This document shows positions 46,381 to 60,509 of a stretch of DNA of 64,000 nucleotides, one piece after another (the first letter of the stretch is position 1; each line of letters begins with the position of its first letter). Location: NCBI RefSeq assembly GCF_009914755.1, contig NC_060939.1, one strand, 5' to 3'. A program made the translations under genes and the position numbers. The notes under the pieces are model-generated. The model did no database searches. It was given only the letters and a program-made list of their open reading frames with translations, and was not told the DNA's origin. This DNA comes from the human T2T-CHM13v2.0 reference genome, Homo sapiens.

Positions 46381-49186
46381 CTGGGCTGTCTCTTGAGGAG
46401 GTTTTGAAAGGCTCTTTAATATCCTCAGGTTCTTTCTATTCTACCGCTGGCATCCATTTTTGAGCTTCACCGAGTCCCAGTATCAATGAATAAAGAGTAA
46501 AGGTCAGAGAGTTCTTGATCATGAGCTCCTATGAGGATTATAAATTCCTCAGCAAATTTTTAAGGATTTTCTTTTGGATTAGGAATATCTCTTCTGATGA
46601 TTCTTAGCTCAGCTTTAGACCATGGGGTAGAAGTGGTTACAGCATGCAGGCCTGGTTGATAAGAAGGTTTCACTTTGTAAAGCACTTGTCTAACCCCCAC
46701 TTTGTTATTCTCAAGGTAGAAAGGTAATTGAGCAAAAAGGTTGTGGACTTAGGATATTGCAGTATAGAGCAGTTGATGTTAATTTAGTCAGGGTACAATC
46801 CTCTTTTGCCATGTTCTCACTTTGCTGGTTAAGCTTTTCGTTGGCTTTCTGCGAGAAAACCTTTAGGGAGGCAATTTTTGAATTATGTAATTTTTTTTAG
46901 ATGCCTCTGCTTACCAATTAAGAAACGCATACTATTTTTGTCAGACTTTACCACTGTGGCCACTGTAATTCTAAGTCATTCTTAGTAAGGCTAGCCCATT
47001 TATTAAAAAAATAATAATTTTAAAAAATGATGAGCCCAGATTCTGGGCTCATAACTTATATATATAATTAGCTGAAGTCCCAGAAGGTGGAGTCCCAGAC
47101 TCCTTGGATTGTGACAAACCCATTATCAAAAACACCTACCTAAGGCCTCCTAACTAGATCGAATCAAGTTAATTATCAAATTCATTACAATCCTAGACCC
47201 TGTCCAGTGAAATAAGAAAAAAATAGCTCAAAAGACAAACTAGTAGAGCCCGAAATCCAAGAGAAAACTCACCCATGACCTCCGGTTGCTGCAAAAGGTA
47301 AATGAACACAACGGGCCCCAGTGGGGTACCTTCACTGGGTTACTGGGTGCTCCTGGAGGTCACTGGAGTTTTGATTTGGGTCCTCTCTGGGTTGCCAATC
47401 TGTTAAAAGAAGGCTTAGACAGGTTAAATTTAACGTAAATTAATTGAGCAAAGACTGACTAGTGAATTGGGAAGCCCTTATAACCGGAACAAGATTCTAA
47501 GAATTCTGGCCTGCAACATGATTAAGCAGCATTTGCGCGAAGAAAACAGAAGTGAGATACAGAGACAGCTTAATTGGTTATAGCTGGGCATTTTGCTTTA
47601 TTTAAATCAGTTGGCCACCTGTGATTGACTGATGTCTGGCTGCTGTGACTGACATTAAGATATTTGTTATAAAATTATACTTGTGTGTCAGGTTTTCAGT
47701 TTATTAATGTCCTAAGGTTGCAGTTTGTTTTGTAAGGATTTGAGTATGAAGGTATCCTCAGGCCAAATTTAGTTTAGTTTATATATGTGCATTGCATTAT
47801 ACGTATTGTATATATACTATTAGAATAGAATACTAATCAGCCTTAAAAAAGAAGGAAATCCTGTAATTTACAATAACATAGATGAACCTAAAGGACATTA
47901 TGCTAAGTAAAATAAGTGAGACACAGCAAGGCAGGTACTGCATGATCCCACTTTTATGTGGAATCCAAAAAAGCTGAATTCATAGAAGCAGAAAATAGAA
48001 TGGTGGATACCAGGGCTGGAGAGGGGAGAGAGAAATGGGGAGATGTTGACCAAAGGATGTAAGTTTCAGTTAGACAGGATAATAAGTTCTGCAGATCTGT
48101 TGTACAGCATGGTGACTATAGTTAATAATACATACTTGAAAACTGCAAAGAGAGTATGTCTTTAACATTCTCACCATGAAAAAAATAAATATGTGAAATG
48201 ATATGTTGATTAGCTTGATTTAATTGTTGCATATGCCAAATGTATACATAAACCAAAACAGTATCTTGTACACTATAAATATATACAATTTTTATTCAAG
48301 TAAACCTTAATGCAGCTAAAAAATAATAAACTTTGCAAGTCTTGACCTTTGCTCTTCTGCCTATGGAGGTTCTCGTTCTCCTTGAGATCCCTTAAGGACA
48401 CCTAATTAATGTTTGAAAAAATAAGTACTTAGTCTACTTTTCCATATGACACTGCTGGAGTGTCATATCCAATTACTTAGCCAGATTCTGGAAGCCATCC
48501 TCTTAAGATGTAAACAAATTATCACTACAGTGTACCAAGAACCCAGGAGGACATGACAACAAACTTCAATAGGGGATCTGAGAGTAGCAGGAAGGTTGGA
48601 GAAATGTGCTGAGAGCCTCTCCCTTTTATTCTGTGTCTCATCATTCTTTATCTGACTAATAAAATTCAACAGGATTTAGTGTTCTTCCCACCTACCCTGA
48701 ATCTGCTAATTTCTCATGGTTGTGGCTTTGTTAGAGAGTAGTTCAGAATAACAGAAATATCCTTTCTAAAATTCTCTAATTAAATGAGGGATTAGGCTAC
48801 TTTTGAGAGTTATATTTACTCCCTGCAAATTTTTCAGGTTTACTGAGTTTCTTTATGCAGGGAGAGGGTTCTAGAAGGGGATCTGAGGAAGGGACAAAGA
48901 GTGGAATGAGAAGTGGGGAAGCAGAGTATAGCAGATATCAACGCGATGAGAATGACAGTTTTTCTGTCTGGTCATCTACACAATTTACATCCACATATTT
49001 AGAGGAAGGATTTGTCATGTTAAGGCTCAAGCTGAAAGGGCTAGGCATGATGTAGGACTTAAGATGCTCTGGTTTGTTTACACCTCTTACCTAAATTATT
49101 CCCATAAGCCAGAGGCTGTTTGCCCTGGAGACCAGCCATGGTTATGGGACTAGCTAATAAGGTGGACAATGGGATCCAAATTCCCC

Positions 49187-49582
49187 TGTAGGAACAAAAA
49201 ACTTTGAGCTGCTGGAAGTGTTGTGCGAACACAGCCTTCAGCTGTCAGCCCCATCAGGATTTTCTCAGCTAAAGGCAGCCTCTTTACTGAAGCTCATTCC
49301 CTCTTCCTGAAGTTGCCTGTATCCAACGGTTGACCTGTATAGGGCTATAAAGACCTGGACCTCTCTGTCCAATTCAGGAAATCTTTGAAATATCATCCCA
49401 GTTTCAGAAAGCCCCACAGTTTTAGGCCAGGCTTCATTTTGCTGGCATTGCTGGTCAACTTCTACTTTAGCCCATTTATTTCTTCCCATGGGCATGGATC
49501 CCAACAGCACTCAATAATAGGCCTGCTGCCTGCTAATCTTTGTGGCAGGTCACATTCCCTGGGAAGCAGACTATAAGGTGAC
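49187..49582 (+). mobile_element. LTR16C-like ERVL solo LTR
   Basis: cagccttcagctgtcagcccc...ggatcccaacagcactcaataa...ttccctgggaa. Confidence 0.65.
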
Positions 49583-50781
49583 ATATAATTCTGAGTCTAA
49601 TTTGGAAAACTGGGGCCCCTCTGAAAGATAACCTTTAGGATTGTCATCTTTTCCAACATGCAAGCTTGCTCAGAGTGAGTTGGCTAATTCCAGGGAAGGC
49701 AGTGTGAGTGTGGAATAGTTTTTCTTCCTCTGTGGGTCTAGTTCCTCTTTGACTGGCTTAAGGGAAAAAGGCTAACATTCATTGCCTAGGAATGGCACTG
49801 ACACATTTCTCAGGACAATCTCATTCATGTTCAAATGCTGCTTATATGAAACTCTTTTCTCCTTAAACTTTCAGAGCTTGTGAACGCCCGTTTTTGTCCG
49901 CAGGTTTCAACCCACACTGAAGCAGGAAGAAAATCCAGCTTCATACTGACTATAAGTAGAGAGCAGGTTGAGATCTTTTAGCTTCAAGCCTATCTTTACT
50001 AAATGAAGTTGTGTGGTGGCACACATCCACAAAGACAACATATAACTCTTTTCGTAAGAGCTTCTCTCCTGAGGGAAACTCCAGGAGAAACTAGCTATGA
50101 ACAGTTTAATTAGTCTTTTCCCCCTTGACCCGGATTTTGTGACTATTGTGCATTGAAGCCCAATGCTAAATCTTAAATATTTCCCCTCAGCAAAGCAGAC
50201 TTCATCATCTTTGAGGTCCTAATCCACCTGTGACTACTTCACCTTGAGATCATGAGAGCAGGCCAGTGTCATCTCAGTTGGGAGGATGAGTAAGCTTTGA
50301 GGCATGGAAGGCCTTTCCCTCTGTGAGGACCTGGGCCGTTGAGATACAATTAAGTTCTATTTACTTGCGGAGAAGAGAGTGGGTAATTGGCTCTTTTTTT
50401 GTTTGAGGGCCTAGAAAAGAGAGGAGGTGAAAAAGCAGTTTTGCTGAGGGAGATGGGTAGACTTTGATATGGCAGACTAGCTGTACCTTGCCATTTTGGA
50501 TGTGATGGTCTGTCTCTCCTAGTAGTTGAATTGGAAACAATGTATTCTCTCTTAAAAAAAAATTGTTCCCTACCTCTAAAACCTCTACACATTGAGAATC
50601 CAGTAATCACAAGCATCCCCACTGCCTAGATAATGGCATCTAAGTATTTGAGGTCCATTTTCATACCCCAAGAAAAGCTTGAATTTCTGCCAAAGAAATG
50701 CATTCAGGGATTTCTGTCAAGAATCATGCATTCTTTAAGTGAGAAACCTCTTGTCACACCAGAAAGCAAGGAAACCTTGTC

Positions 50782-51140
50782 TGTAGTGGAAACTGTTAGT
50801 GCTCCACCCAGTTCCCCTCGGATTCATTTTGCTATATTTTGCTGTTTCTGTGTGCCCTTTGCCTAGCTTTGGTGTGCTCTTACTTCCAACAGCCTCTGCC
50901 TGCAATTCTTATTCAGAAACAGCTATTTGCTGATGCTCAGAATGCAGGTATAGAAAGCCAGAAGTGCCTGGGAGTTTACTTCCTCTCCCCTATAAGGTGT
51001 TCTGCTTAGTAAGTGACTGGAATATAAATTATTCCTCAGAGTTTGCTCTAACTTTTGAGGCAAGAGATCTGCCTTTCAGAGTTCTGTAGCCATCGGTGTA
51101 CCTGACTTGATCAATAAGCCACCTTGCTGACCTTGTCTCC
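50782..51140 (+). mobile_element. Old ERVL LTR fragment (LTR33/LTR41/LTR16-like)
   Basis: tgtagtggaaactgttagtgctccacccag start, and agccagaagtgcctgggagtttac. Confidence 0.6.
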
Positions 51141-51144
51141 TACT

Positions 51145-51470
51145 GCCCTCTGCCTCTCACTGTGTTCCAGCCACAGTGGCCTCCTTGCTGTGTTGTATAT
51201 CCACTGCAAATCTTGATTTCCTGTTCCCTCTGTGTGGAATGCTTTACCAAGATGGCTGATTAGCTCACTGTCACGCTTTCCATGTCTCTGTCAGAGACCT
51301 TCTTTGCAAGGCCTTTTCTGATCACCCAGTGTAAAATGACAGCACTTCCTCTCTCTGTCATTCCTTGTCTCTCTCAGTCTGTGTTAATTTTTTATGTAGA
51401 ACTAATCAGCATCTGACGAAGCTTTTAGTTACTTTATTATTATAAGTGCAATGAAAGTAAGGACTTGGAT
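51145..51470 (+). mobile_element. L2 fragment
   Basis: ttccagccacagtggcctccttgctgt...ctgttccctctgtgtggaatgc...gccttttctgatcacc. Confidence 0.65.
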
Positions 51471-51589
51471 TTATTAAAAACCTGTAAAACAGCTTTAATG
51501 AGCAACTATTATATACTGGTCACTAATTGTTGCATTAATGAAAGGTGGAAGGATGCAGGGGGATTGGGAAGCTCCTTAGAGACAAACTA

Positions 51590-52330
51590 CTGAACAATGT
51601 GGAAAAGACCTTTGCTTGTTGGAGGAGTTGAAAGAAGGCCACTGTGAAGGAAGCATACCAAGCCAAGGGACGATGGAAAAGGAGAGTTTGGCAGGACGAA
51701 ATCAGGTGGGTTATCGAGGACAAATTAGGATAAATGTTCAAATCCCCAAGAGCCACCAAAAGTTTTAAAACAGACGAGTGATGGTTCATGTACATACTGC
51801 ACAGGCCTCTCTGATTTTGTGTAGAGAATGAGCTGAGAAATGGCAATTTTAGAGCCCAGTGCAGTCGTCTGGATGGGAGGTGACGTAGCTAGGATTGGTG
51901 AGGTGGGGTGGGGGAAGGTGGTGGTCAGAGGTCAGAGATGCTTGGGGAAATTGTCAAGACTTTCTCTGAGAGAGTTAAGTGGAGATTCCTGACATAAGCA
52001 ACAGTGGCTGCTGCTGTCTTGCTGAGCCTGGGAATCTAGAGGAGTAGGTTATGGGTATTGACCCTTGGGGATGGCAGAGCAGATTATGGTTTCCATTTTA
52101 GGTATATTTTCTTTAGGTATAGAGACGTCTTCTGACAGACCTATTTATCTAATCACCTACTTGGCATTTCTACTCACAGTTACAGGCATCTCAAAGCTTA
52201 GTATATAGCCTGTAGACGGTATTTGAACTTGCTGGAGAAATCTTCTAAGGAAATGTGTGAGAAGCAAGCAAATGAGAGCATAGGCCTGACTCTTGAGACA
52301 TTTTAACTTGTAACAGAGATCAAGAGGAAA
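51590..52330 (-). mobile_element. L2 fragment
   Basis: ttggaggagttgaaagaaggccactgtg...agccaccaaaagttttaaaacag, antisense L2-type text. Confidence 0.5.
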
Positions 52331-54585
52331 AGAGAAATCACCATAAGATGGCCCTCCTCACTTAGAGATTCATTCAATCAATTTTTGACTAATGAAGAAA
52401 CAGGTGCCGAGGGGAGTGAGGAAACTGACCTTATCTTATGGGCAGCTGGGTCGTGAGATTGAAGCAAACTCTTTTTGAAGCAGGGGAGAGTAGAAAGAGT
52501 AAATAGTTCAAAATTAGGAAAGGTTTTTGAGCTTTCAGTAGAGTACTTAGTTCATATTACCACTATTTTTGTGGACAAAGGATCTTGAATGTTTTCACCT
52601 TCCATCTGAAATCTCTGTCCTCCTTCATTTATAATTGTCTAGAAAAGATGCTTCCATCTCTTTTTTCTTCACTAACCTCCCCTCTGCACTCTCATGACTG
52701 CAAAAATTTCCTATGAGTTGCAAACCTTCTTTTAATTAAAAAATTATCTGATTTCTCTTTCTCAGGGATATGTGAAGCTCATGTGTCTACAACTCTTAAT
52801 AGTGTCAGAAAACAATAAATTGTTGATGGACATGTATTTAAACAATACGCAGAATGTGACAAAAGTGCATTTTTCAAACTTTAATTCTAGAGACTTCTCC
52901 CTGTGTTCTAGGGGGAGCTATAATTCTCACTGTTCTGGCTAAAGAACAGATTCAGATCATTAGCATTCTGTTCCTCACAGTAGGGGAAAGTTTTGCAATA
53001 AGTTATGCTCATCAGTGCTCCTGCAGACCTTTATGAACAAGGCTCTCTGAGCCCTTAAACGCTACGTCTACCAACTTTATAAAGGTTGTAGAAACCAGTT
53101 AAGACAAATCACTAACTACAAATGTAGATCCTATAGGGGACCTGCCAGATCAATGCCATTAGACCCCCTAAATCTTCTCCAAATAACTTTATTATCTCTC
53201 CTCTTTAGAGTCGTCATAAAACTAAGTTTGTACTTCATGCCCTTTATAAAGAGCTGAAGTCCTTTGCTCTTTTCGATGAACAACATTTTAGTCAAAATGT
53301 ACGTGCGCTCCAATTGCTTGGTGAAAAATAGGTCACTGCTAGTCATGTTTAGCATTCTTCTTTCTTCCCCTTTGGGATAGAATCTACTTTCAGACTATTT
53401 TTCACAGAGAATAAGGATTAGTGCCTCTTTATCAATGTTGTCCATATCCCCACTCAGTATACTTTATTATCACTGCTAGAAGGTGCTTCTCAAAGGCTGA
53501 GTTGTAGAGCCATAAAAAAAATCAAGCTCCCCAAAGCCAGGGAAAATTGAAATGTCACTCTTTACAAGGCGTTTTAGGAGGGAGACTAAGCATTTACTTC
53601 AGTACAGACCATCCATTCTATGGCCTAGTTTAGAAACTTTCAAAATCAATTTTAAATCTTTTCTTTATAGCTTTCACATCCCTCAATATCATCCCTTTTT
53701 CATTATGAAATTGCCTTGGCCAGGCAGCACAGGCTGGGGTGAGGCAGGCTTGGTTGGGTAGGAGAGAGACTGGTGATTGATTTGTTGTCCAGGCAAGACC
53801 CCTCCTGCTGTTTGCAGCGCCGCACACCAGTCTGGCTGCTGGCCTCGGCGCTAGCCCCGGATGCATTAAGCCTGCCTGCTGTTTGGCAGACATTTTCCTT
53901 TGTTTGTGCTCCTTGTGCTGCTCTAATAACCCTCCTCAAGGCCAAATTAGATTTAGATGGACGGGGAAGTCAGCTAGAGGCTTCAGAATGACTATGCTAA
54001 TTAGAAACCAAAATATAAACAGCAACTCCACATGGATCTATTAAATAGGCCAGCATTCTCCATAGCAAATCAAATTAAGAGAAATCCCATTATCTTGCTC
54101 AGGGCTTTTGCATTTTTTTCTGACCACATGTTTTAGTGTTTGAGCAAAACGAGGATACAGAGATATTTCATTATATGTCTGGTTCTAAACTACAGCCGTT
54201 TCCTCCCCTACTCCAAATTACAATGCTACCGAGCCATTATTCACAATTAAAGCAAACTATTTTTTTAATCCACTGTAAGTTTATGTATCACCCTCTAAAG
54301 ATTTTAGGTTTTAATATGGCCTCAAATATTTATCCTCACCAGCTTGGCTTCAGTGTAAACTAGTTGCCACAAAGTGTTCTAAACAGCTTTCTGAAAAGCT
54401 CTGTGTATCCTATGGGAGTACATGTTTATGAATATCTGCTATAGAAAATGAATATTTCATCCATTAATTTCTAACCTTGTACACTAAGCTGGTTCTACAA
54501 GGGAATGTAAAACAAAAGTAGCCTGTTTCTTTATTTAAAATGAGCCAATCCTAGTGGCCAGGAAGTTTTTAGGAACTTAATATTA

Positions 54586-55054
<469 letters not shown>

Positions 55055-55249
55055 TCACAAGGCAACCCTAAAAGGTAGGTATGTCAAAGCTGCATGGTGG
55101 AGAATCACAGCTTCTTTCTTTCATTCAACTTTTTGTAAAAATAAGCTTTTCACCACTCACAGCATTTTTCATTAGCACTATGTGTTAGGTGCTCTAGTGA
55201 CACAATGATCAGCAAGCTGGCAATCAGTCATTGAGGGAGGAGTAGGATG

Positions 55250-55520
55250 CTGATCACCCTTGATATCTGCTCAAATTCCTCAGCTCCCAGCATCCCCTAG
55301 GTGATAATTGATCACCCTGGCCTGCCTTCAGCAAGAATCTTGTTAAGTTGGTTTAATAAGAATCTTCTTATCCTTGACATCTCATCTTATTTTCCATCCT
55401 GTGCCTCCCTTTCCCCCAGCTTCTTGGCTATAAATCCTCAGTTGTCTACTATATTCAGATTTAGCCCAATTTTTCCCTTCTATTGTGGTAGTCTGGACAC
55501 CTATTGCAATAGTACTATTT
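55250..55520 (+). mobile_element. MER31-like LTR fragment
   Basis: gatcaccctggcctgccttcagcaagaatc...ttggctataaatcc...cctattgcaatagt. Confidence 0.65.
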
Positions 55521-55646
55521 AAACAAGTGTCAGTAATTTTTTTAATATTTGGCAAGAATAGATACAGGAATGCTCTCTTCTTATAAAAATGCTGAATAAA
55601 TAAAACGTCTTCCCAACATAACATATTGCTTAAACTAAGTTCTCTG

Positions 55647-55696
<50 letters not shown>

Positions 55697-55718
55697 CCTA
55701 TCTATCTATCTATCTATC
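55647..55718. repeat. (TATC)12 TACC (TATC)5 tetranucleotide STR
   Basis: Counted directly from the sequence. Confidence 0.97.
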
Positions 55719-55981
55719 ATACCTATCTGTCATGTGTCTATCCACACATAAAATACTCAAAGTTTCTAAAGGAATCTCAAAAGGAATAATGTTAAATATT
55801 CTCCACTAACCATTACTGCCTTCAGGGTAATGATTATGAGTCATTAGCAAGCATGTAATATCTTCTTGTTTAAGCCTCTCCCTTCATACCCATTACTTTC
55901 CACCTAGGTATCCGTCTGTCTCTCCCACCTTTAGTCTAATGTCAAGGCATTGAAACAGGCCATATTTGAATAACTCTAGAT

Positions 55982-56184
55982 ATGTGCTCCCAACATGGGA
56001 AGCACTAGCCACATATGGGTACTTATGTTTAAATTAATTAAAATTAAGTAAAATTAAAAATTCCTCAGTCACAGTAGCCACATTTCTAGTACTTAATAGC
56101 CACATGTGGCTAGTGGCTACCATTTTAGACAGCACAAATACAGAGCACTTCCATTATTGCAGAAAGTTCTGTTAGATAGTGCTG
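55982..56184. mobile_element. MER3 (hAT-Charlie) DNA transposon
   Basis: tagccacatgtggctagtggctac core, 8-bp TSD ctctagat / ctctagag (the NTCTAGAN hAT target). Confidence 0.88.
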
Positions 56185-56569
56185 CTCTAGAGAATTCACA
56201 CTTGTTGGAACAAAAATTATAAGCAGTTCTTACAGCCACACTTTCAATAGCACAGGTAGTATGGAGAATATTACAGACTAACTTGTACTCATACTCATTT
56301 TTAAAGCTCTTTTAGTGTAGTACACTCTGTGACTCCTTTCTTGATTATCCCAGGACAAATTAATTTGTACTGGTTCCTGTGGCTTACAGATTTTTTGGTT
56401 TCCTTGATTTAACTCTGAAACCTAAGAAGCAAAGTTCCATTTTTAAGTCTTTAACAGATGGAGGGAGAGGTCTTGTTTCCATAGTATCAGCACAAAGCAA
56501 TTGTTGAGTCTAGGAAAGCTGAGCTTTTGAACAAGGCTCTGTCATTTATTATCTGGTGCCATACGACAT

Positions 56570-56625
56570 TGTAAAATTACCTCTTCATTTTACAGATACT
56601 GAAACTGAGGCTTGAGAGTCAAAAT
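56570..56625 (-). mobile_element. MIR core fragment
   Basis: cattttacagatactgaaactgaggcttgagag. Confidence 0.55.
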
Positions 56626-57949
56626 ATATCTGCATCTTAGGATCATTGTGAACATTTTGTTTCTGTAAGTCCCTTATGACTTTGGTACATCATAAGTGCT
56701 TAAACATTGGATGTTATCTAGTCTAAGTCTTGTTTCTTTAATTGTAAAAGTTTTTATTGGGATATGCAAGCAGAAGATCAAGTTAATATTTTATGCAAAA
56801 TATTTTATATAAAATACTTTTTAAAAATTTATTTTGGCACCGGCTAAGAATTTGTTAGTCATAAAAAAAGGAAGGTGTATTTTTTAGCTTAAAGAACGTA
56901 AGGTTTTGTTTTAAGACTTGTATCCAAGTTGAATGCAAATGATGATTCTTTATGGTCAGAAGGATTTGTGTCAAAGAATCAAGAATAGCTCAAAATTATT
57001 TTATCTTTCAAAAGGAGATAACAGTAATATTAACATATTAGACACAGACTCATTGAATAAAGTGTTAGCGATGCAATACTTGTTCCTTTCTTCAATTTTA
57101 TCAGTTTGCAAAATTCATGAGGTTAATAAGTATTAAAAATCTCATTACTCTACCATATCAAATAGGGATGTAGCTCCAGGGTGTAATAAACTAGTTCTAT
57201 TGTTGAAACTCCATCAAAAAGCAAGACTGCACTTACACAGCATTATAAACTCGCCCATATCTCTCTGCATTCAACTTAATGTAATGAAAAATATTACATA
57301 TGGGGTTTCTGAAAGCTCACAATTCAAATCCTGAAACTCATTGACTTCGAGTATAAAGTTATAGCAAGTGGCTATTAGATTTTCAAAAGAGATTCACTGT
57401 CAGCAAAATGCTATTGGTTTAGCTATAGATATACTAGGAGGTTATGCCAATAGCCATATTTGCCTTTTTAAAAAAAAAAAATGTGTGACTATGCCAAAGC
57501 AATACTAGTTTCCAGTAATTTACATGGTGTAACAATTACCCCTCCTTCCTGCAGGGGATATAAAGCAATATTGATAGGGTATAATAGCTGTTCACCCGCT
57601 TTCAGAAAGAAGATTCCCTGGCATCTACCTATATTGATTCCACTAACTCCCCTTCCTGTAATTTTCTGCCTCAGACCCTCTCGGCTCACTCCAGGAACCC
57701 ACATCACTCTTAGCTAGCTGTCAACCACACTACTGGCTGTCTCAAATGTCACTGTTTCAATAAATAAGATGAATTACGATTAGAGATTCGTTTTGGGGTT
57801 CTTAACTGGAAAAGAAAACTGGGGAAAATCCTACATATAAATTTGAGTCACCTTAATAGAATATGAAATATTTGTTCATCAGGTTTGAGTTAGAAAAGAC
57901 AAGCATAGAGGATATATTGCTTCCCTACAAACGTCTTTTTGACTCCTAA

Positions 57950-58335
57950 GGAACTCCTAGTTTTTGGGGAGCAGGTAGGGGTTCATCTATGATTTCGGGG
58001 AGGTTAGGCTCTTACCCAGCTGATAAATTATGATTTATAGGGAAACACTGGTCTTTTCTTTCAGAAGGAGAAGCCATCCTCAGCAAAGCCTTAGGAGCAA
58101 TAGGTCTTTTGCTCCTTCCCCATTCCTCTGTCTGGAACTCAAATGGGATGCTTGGAGACCAAACTGAAAAGCTTGTGGACAAAATCCAACATTTTAAAGA
58201 TGGATGAGTAAAATTCCTGGGTCATAACATCAATGTTGACCTAAGCTCTAGAATTTTTATTGTGTGAGAAAAATAAACCTCTATTTTAAAATTCACCTCC
58301 ACATTGGATTTTCTTGTAGCAGGAAGCATTTCTAG
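57950..58335 (+). mobile_element. Old MLT1 (MLT1I/J/K-like) LTR fragment
   Basis: ctggaactcaaatgggatgcttggag...gtgagaaaaataaacctctatt...gaagcatttcta. Confidence 0.5.
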
Positions 58336-58844
58336 GGAATATAGTAGCTGACAGGCATTCGCAGTCTTAGGCCACAATTTATTCTCCATTACCAGCATGT
58401 GTTTTTAGAACTGGAATCCAGTGCTTTCTACCATGGCTGAATGTGAGCAGACAGCAACTGAACTTTGTCTAAACCTGCATCTATACTATTTTTATTTCTC
58501 AGGCTCTCAGAGGGTCTGCATTCATAAGATGTATATGAAGAAACTGATATATACTTCATTAAAAAGGAAAGGCTACTCCTTAAGGTGGCTTCACAGGCTT
58601 GTTGGGGCTCATAGGATAAGAAGAGATGATATACTCATGCTTACAGGTTGCACTAGTCTGTGCATTATTATACTATGTTGCTTACTTGAGAAGCTCAGGC
58701 ATTTGTGTTCTTCCTGGTTCTCTACATTGCCCACTTTGTTCTTGTTTCATTCTGATTCATGTACCTTATATCTAGTCACCTTTCCTAAGTGTAACAGGTA
58801 TGAATTTCACAGGCCACAACAAATTGAAAACATGCAGTCATATA

Positions 58845-58866
58845 TGTGTGTGTGTGTGTGTGTGTG
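58845..58866. repeat. (TG)n microsatellite
   Basis: Direct reading. Confidence 0.9.
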
Positions 58867-59937
58867 TTTAGAACTGAACTTACCTTATTGAGTCCCCATT
58901 AGGTATGAATATAAAATATTCTAAACACTTCAAATCATTGAATAAGTTGATCATTTCAGGCTTAAACCAGGATTAATCCAGGATTTTTATCTTCTTTCTA
59001 CTCCTGCTCCCTGACGCTTCTTACACTGATGACCAGGGTACTAAGAAAACTTTTAAAACCTAGCAGTGCTTGGAGACATCAGATGAAGTTGTGCCTGGCT
59101 TGCTCTATAGTACTCCTCTGCCTCCTATATCTTTGTCCTGGACAAGTGCAATGCTGTCCTTACTGGTCTTTCAACACTGTTTTTACTGTGTTGTATACAT
59201 TGGTTTACTATTCAAACACTACAGAAAGATAGAAAATTGAATTTCAAGACTTCCCCAGCTCCAGTCCTACTACCAAGAGGCAATAATGTAATACTGATTT
59301 TATGTTTGCATCATAACTTTAAAGCTGCTAAGTCAAGAAATAAAAGAGTATTTAGACAATGTATTGTCTCTGCTGGAAAAAATGAAGAATTTACTAAATT
59401 TACCCAACCTCTTACCTCTTCTACCAAATCTGTTAATTATAGTTACAGAAAAGATTGTAAATGTCAAAACTTGATTTAAAAATAAATTATAACTAAGTCT
59501 TCCATGCTTTGGTTTATAGATTCAACCCATAGATAATGAATGACATTTATCATATTATGCAAATGTTCTTTTAAAACCAATTAATATGAATGGATTCTTA
59601 CAGAAGCAGACAATCCTAGATTATTGAAACATTGTTGCTTCAAAGGAGAATTTTCCAAGTGTTAAGGTCTAATATAGCCTATTAATTTTCTTCTGCCTAA
59701 CTTTTCTGGGTACTCATAACGATCTTCTTCTTCTATGATGCTTTGTGCCTGGGGGTGGAATGTTTCCCCCTGTTGTTTAAATCCAGAGAATACTGCATGC
59801 CCCACCCCGTGCATTTTCCCCCTTATATCCCATTCATATTTTGAGGAAAGTACAATAACGGGGATTGTTCATAAAATATCTCATTGAGTGTGCCTGCTTC
59901 TTATTAGTACCTTAACTTTTAAATCTGTACACAGCCA

Positions 59938-60168
59938 GACTACATAGAGAGTAGAAGGATAATTACCATAAGGCTGGGAAGGGTAGCGGAGGGTGGGGTG
60001 GGGGGAAGGTAGGAATATAAATGGGCACAAAAAATAGAAAGAATGAATAAGAACTACTGTTTCATAGCACAATAGGGTGACTATAGTCAATAATAACTGA
60101 ATTGAACATTTTAGAATAACTTAGAGTTTAATTGGATTGTTTGTAACTCAATAAATGTTTGAGGGGAT
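59938..60168 (+). mobile_element. L1MA2/3-like 3'UTR fragment
   Basis: gagagtagaaggat...aggctgggaagggtag...agcacaatagggtgactatagtcaataataac. Confidence 0.8.
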
Positions 60169-60169
60169 A

Positions 60170-60172
60170 TAC

Positions 60173-60209
<37 letters not shown>
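60170..60209. repeat. (CA)n microsatellite
   Basis: Direct reading. Confidence 0.9.
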
Positions 60210-60509
60210 GCCAAACTGTCACTCACATGTGAAGGTATCATCAGTCCAAAAATTTCACTCAGAACTTCAGTGCACTGAATGGAAAGACAGCAACAAGACA
60301 AGACACAATGGACAAACATTGTTGCTAAAAATCTGACACCAAGTAGGATTATTACTTATAAAGAAATTTCTTCCTGAAAGTTGGTATAATTTAGATATCC
60401 AAATAAGATAAAGTTTTCGTTGTGTTTAGGTATAAGTCAAATTTTGTTCTTCCTACTCAGTACTTGGGGGATCCTTTCAATCAAAATGTCTGAAATTAAA
60501 TTAATACAG

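Noticed and set aside
49855-49970. Splice-acceptor-like tttttgtccgcag at ~49891-49903
   Set aside because: No convincing donor or reading frame. Cannot be supported without transcript data.
58421-58891. 156-aa ORF
   Set aside because: GTG start, no recognisable domain, and it runs through MIR-like sequence and a (TG)n repeat. Consistent with chance.
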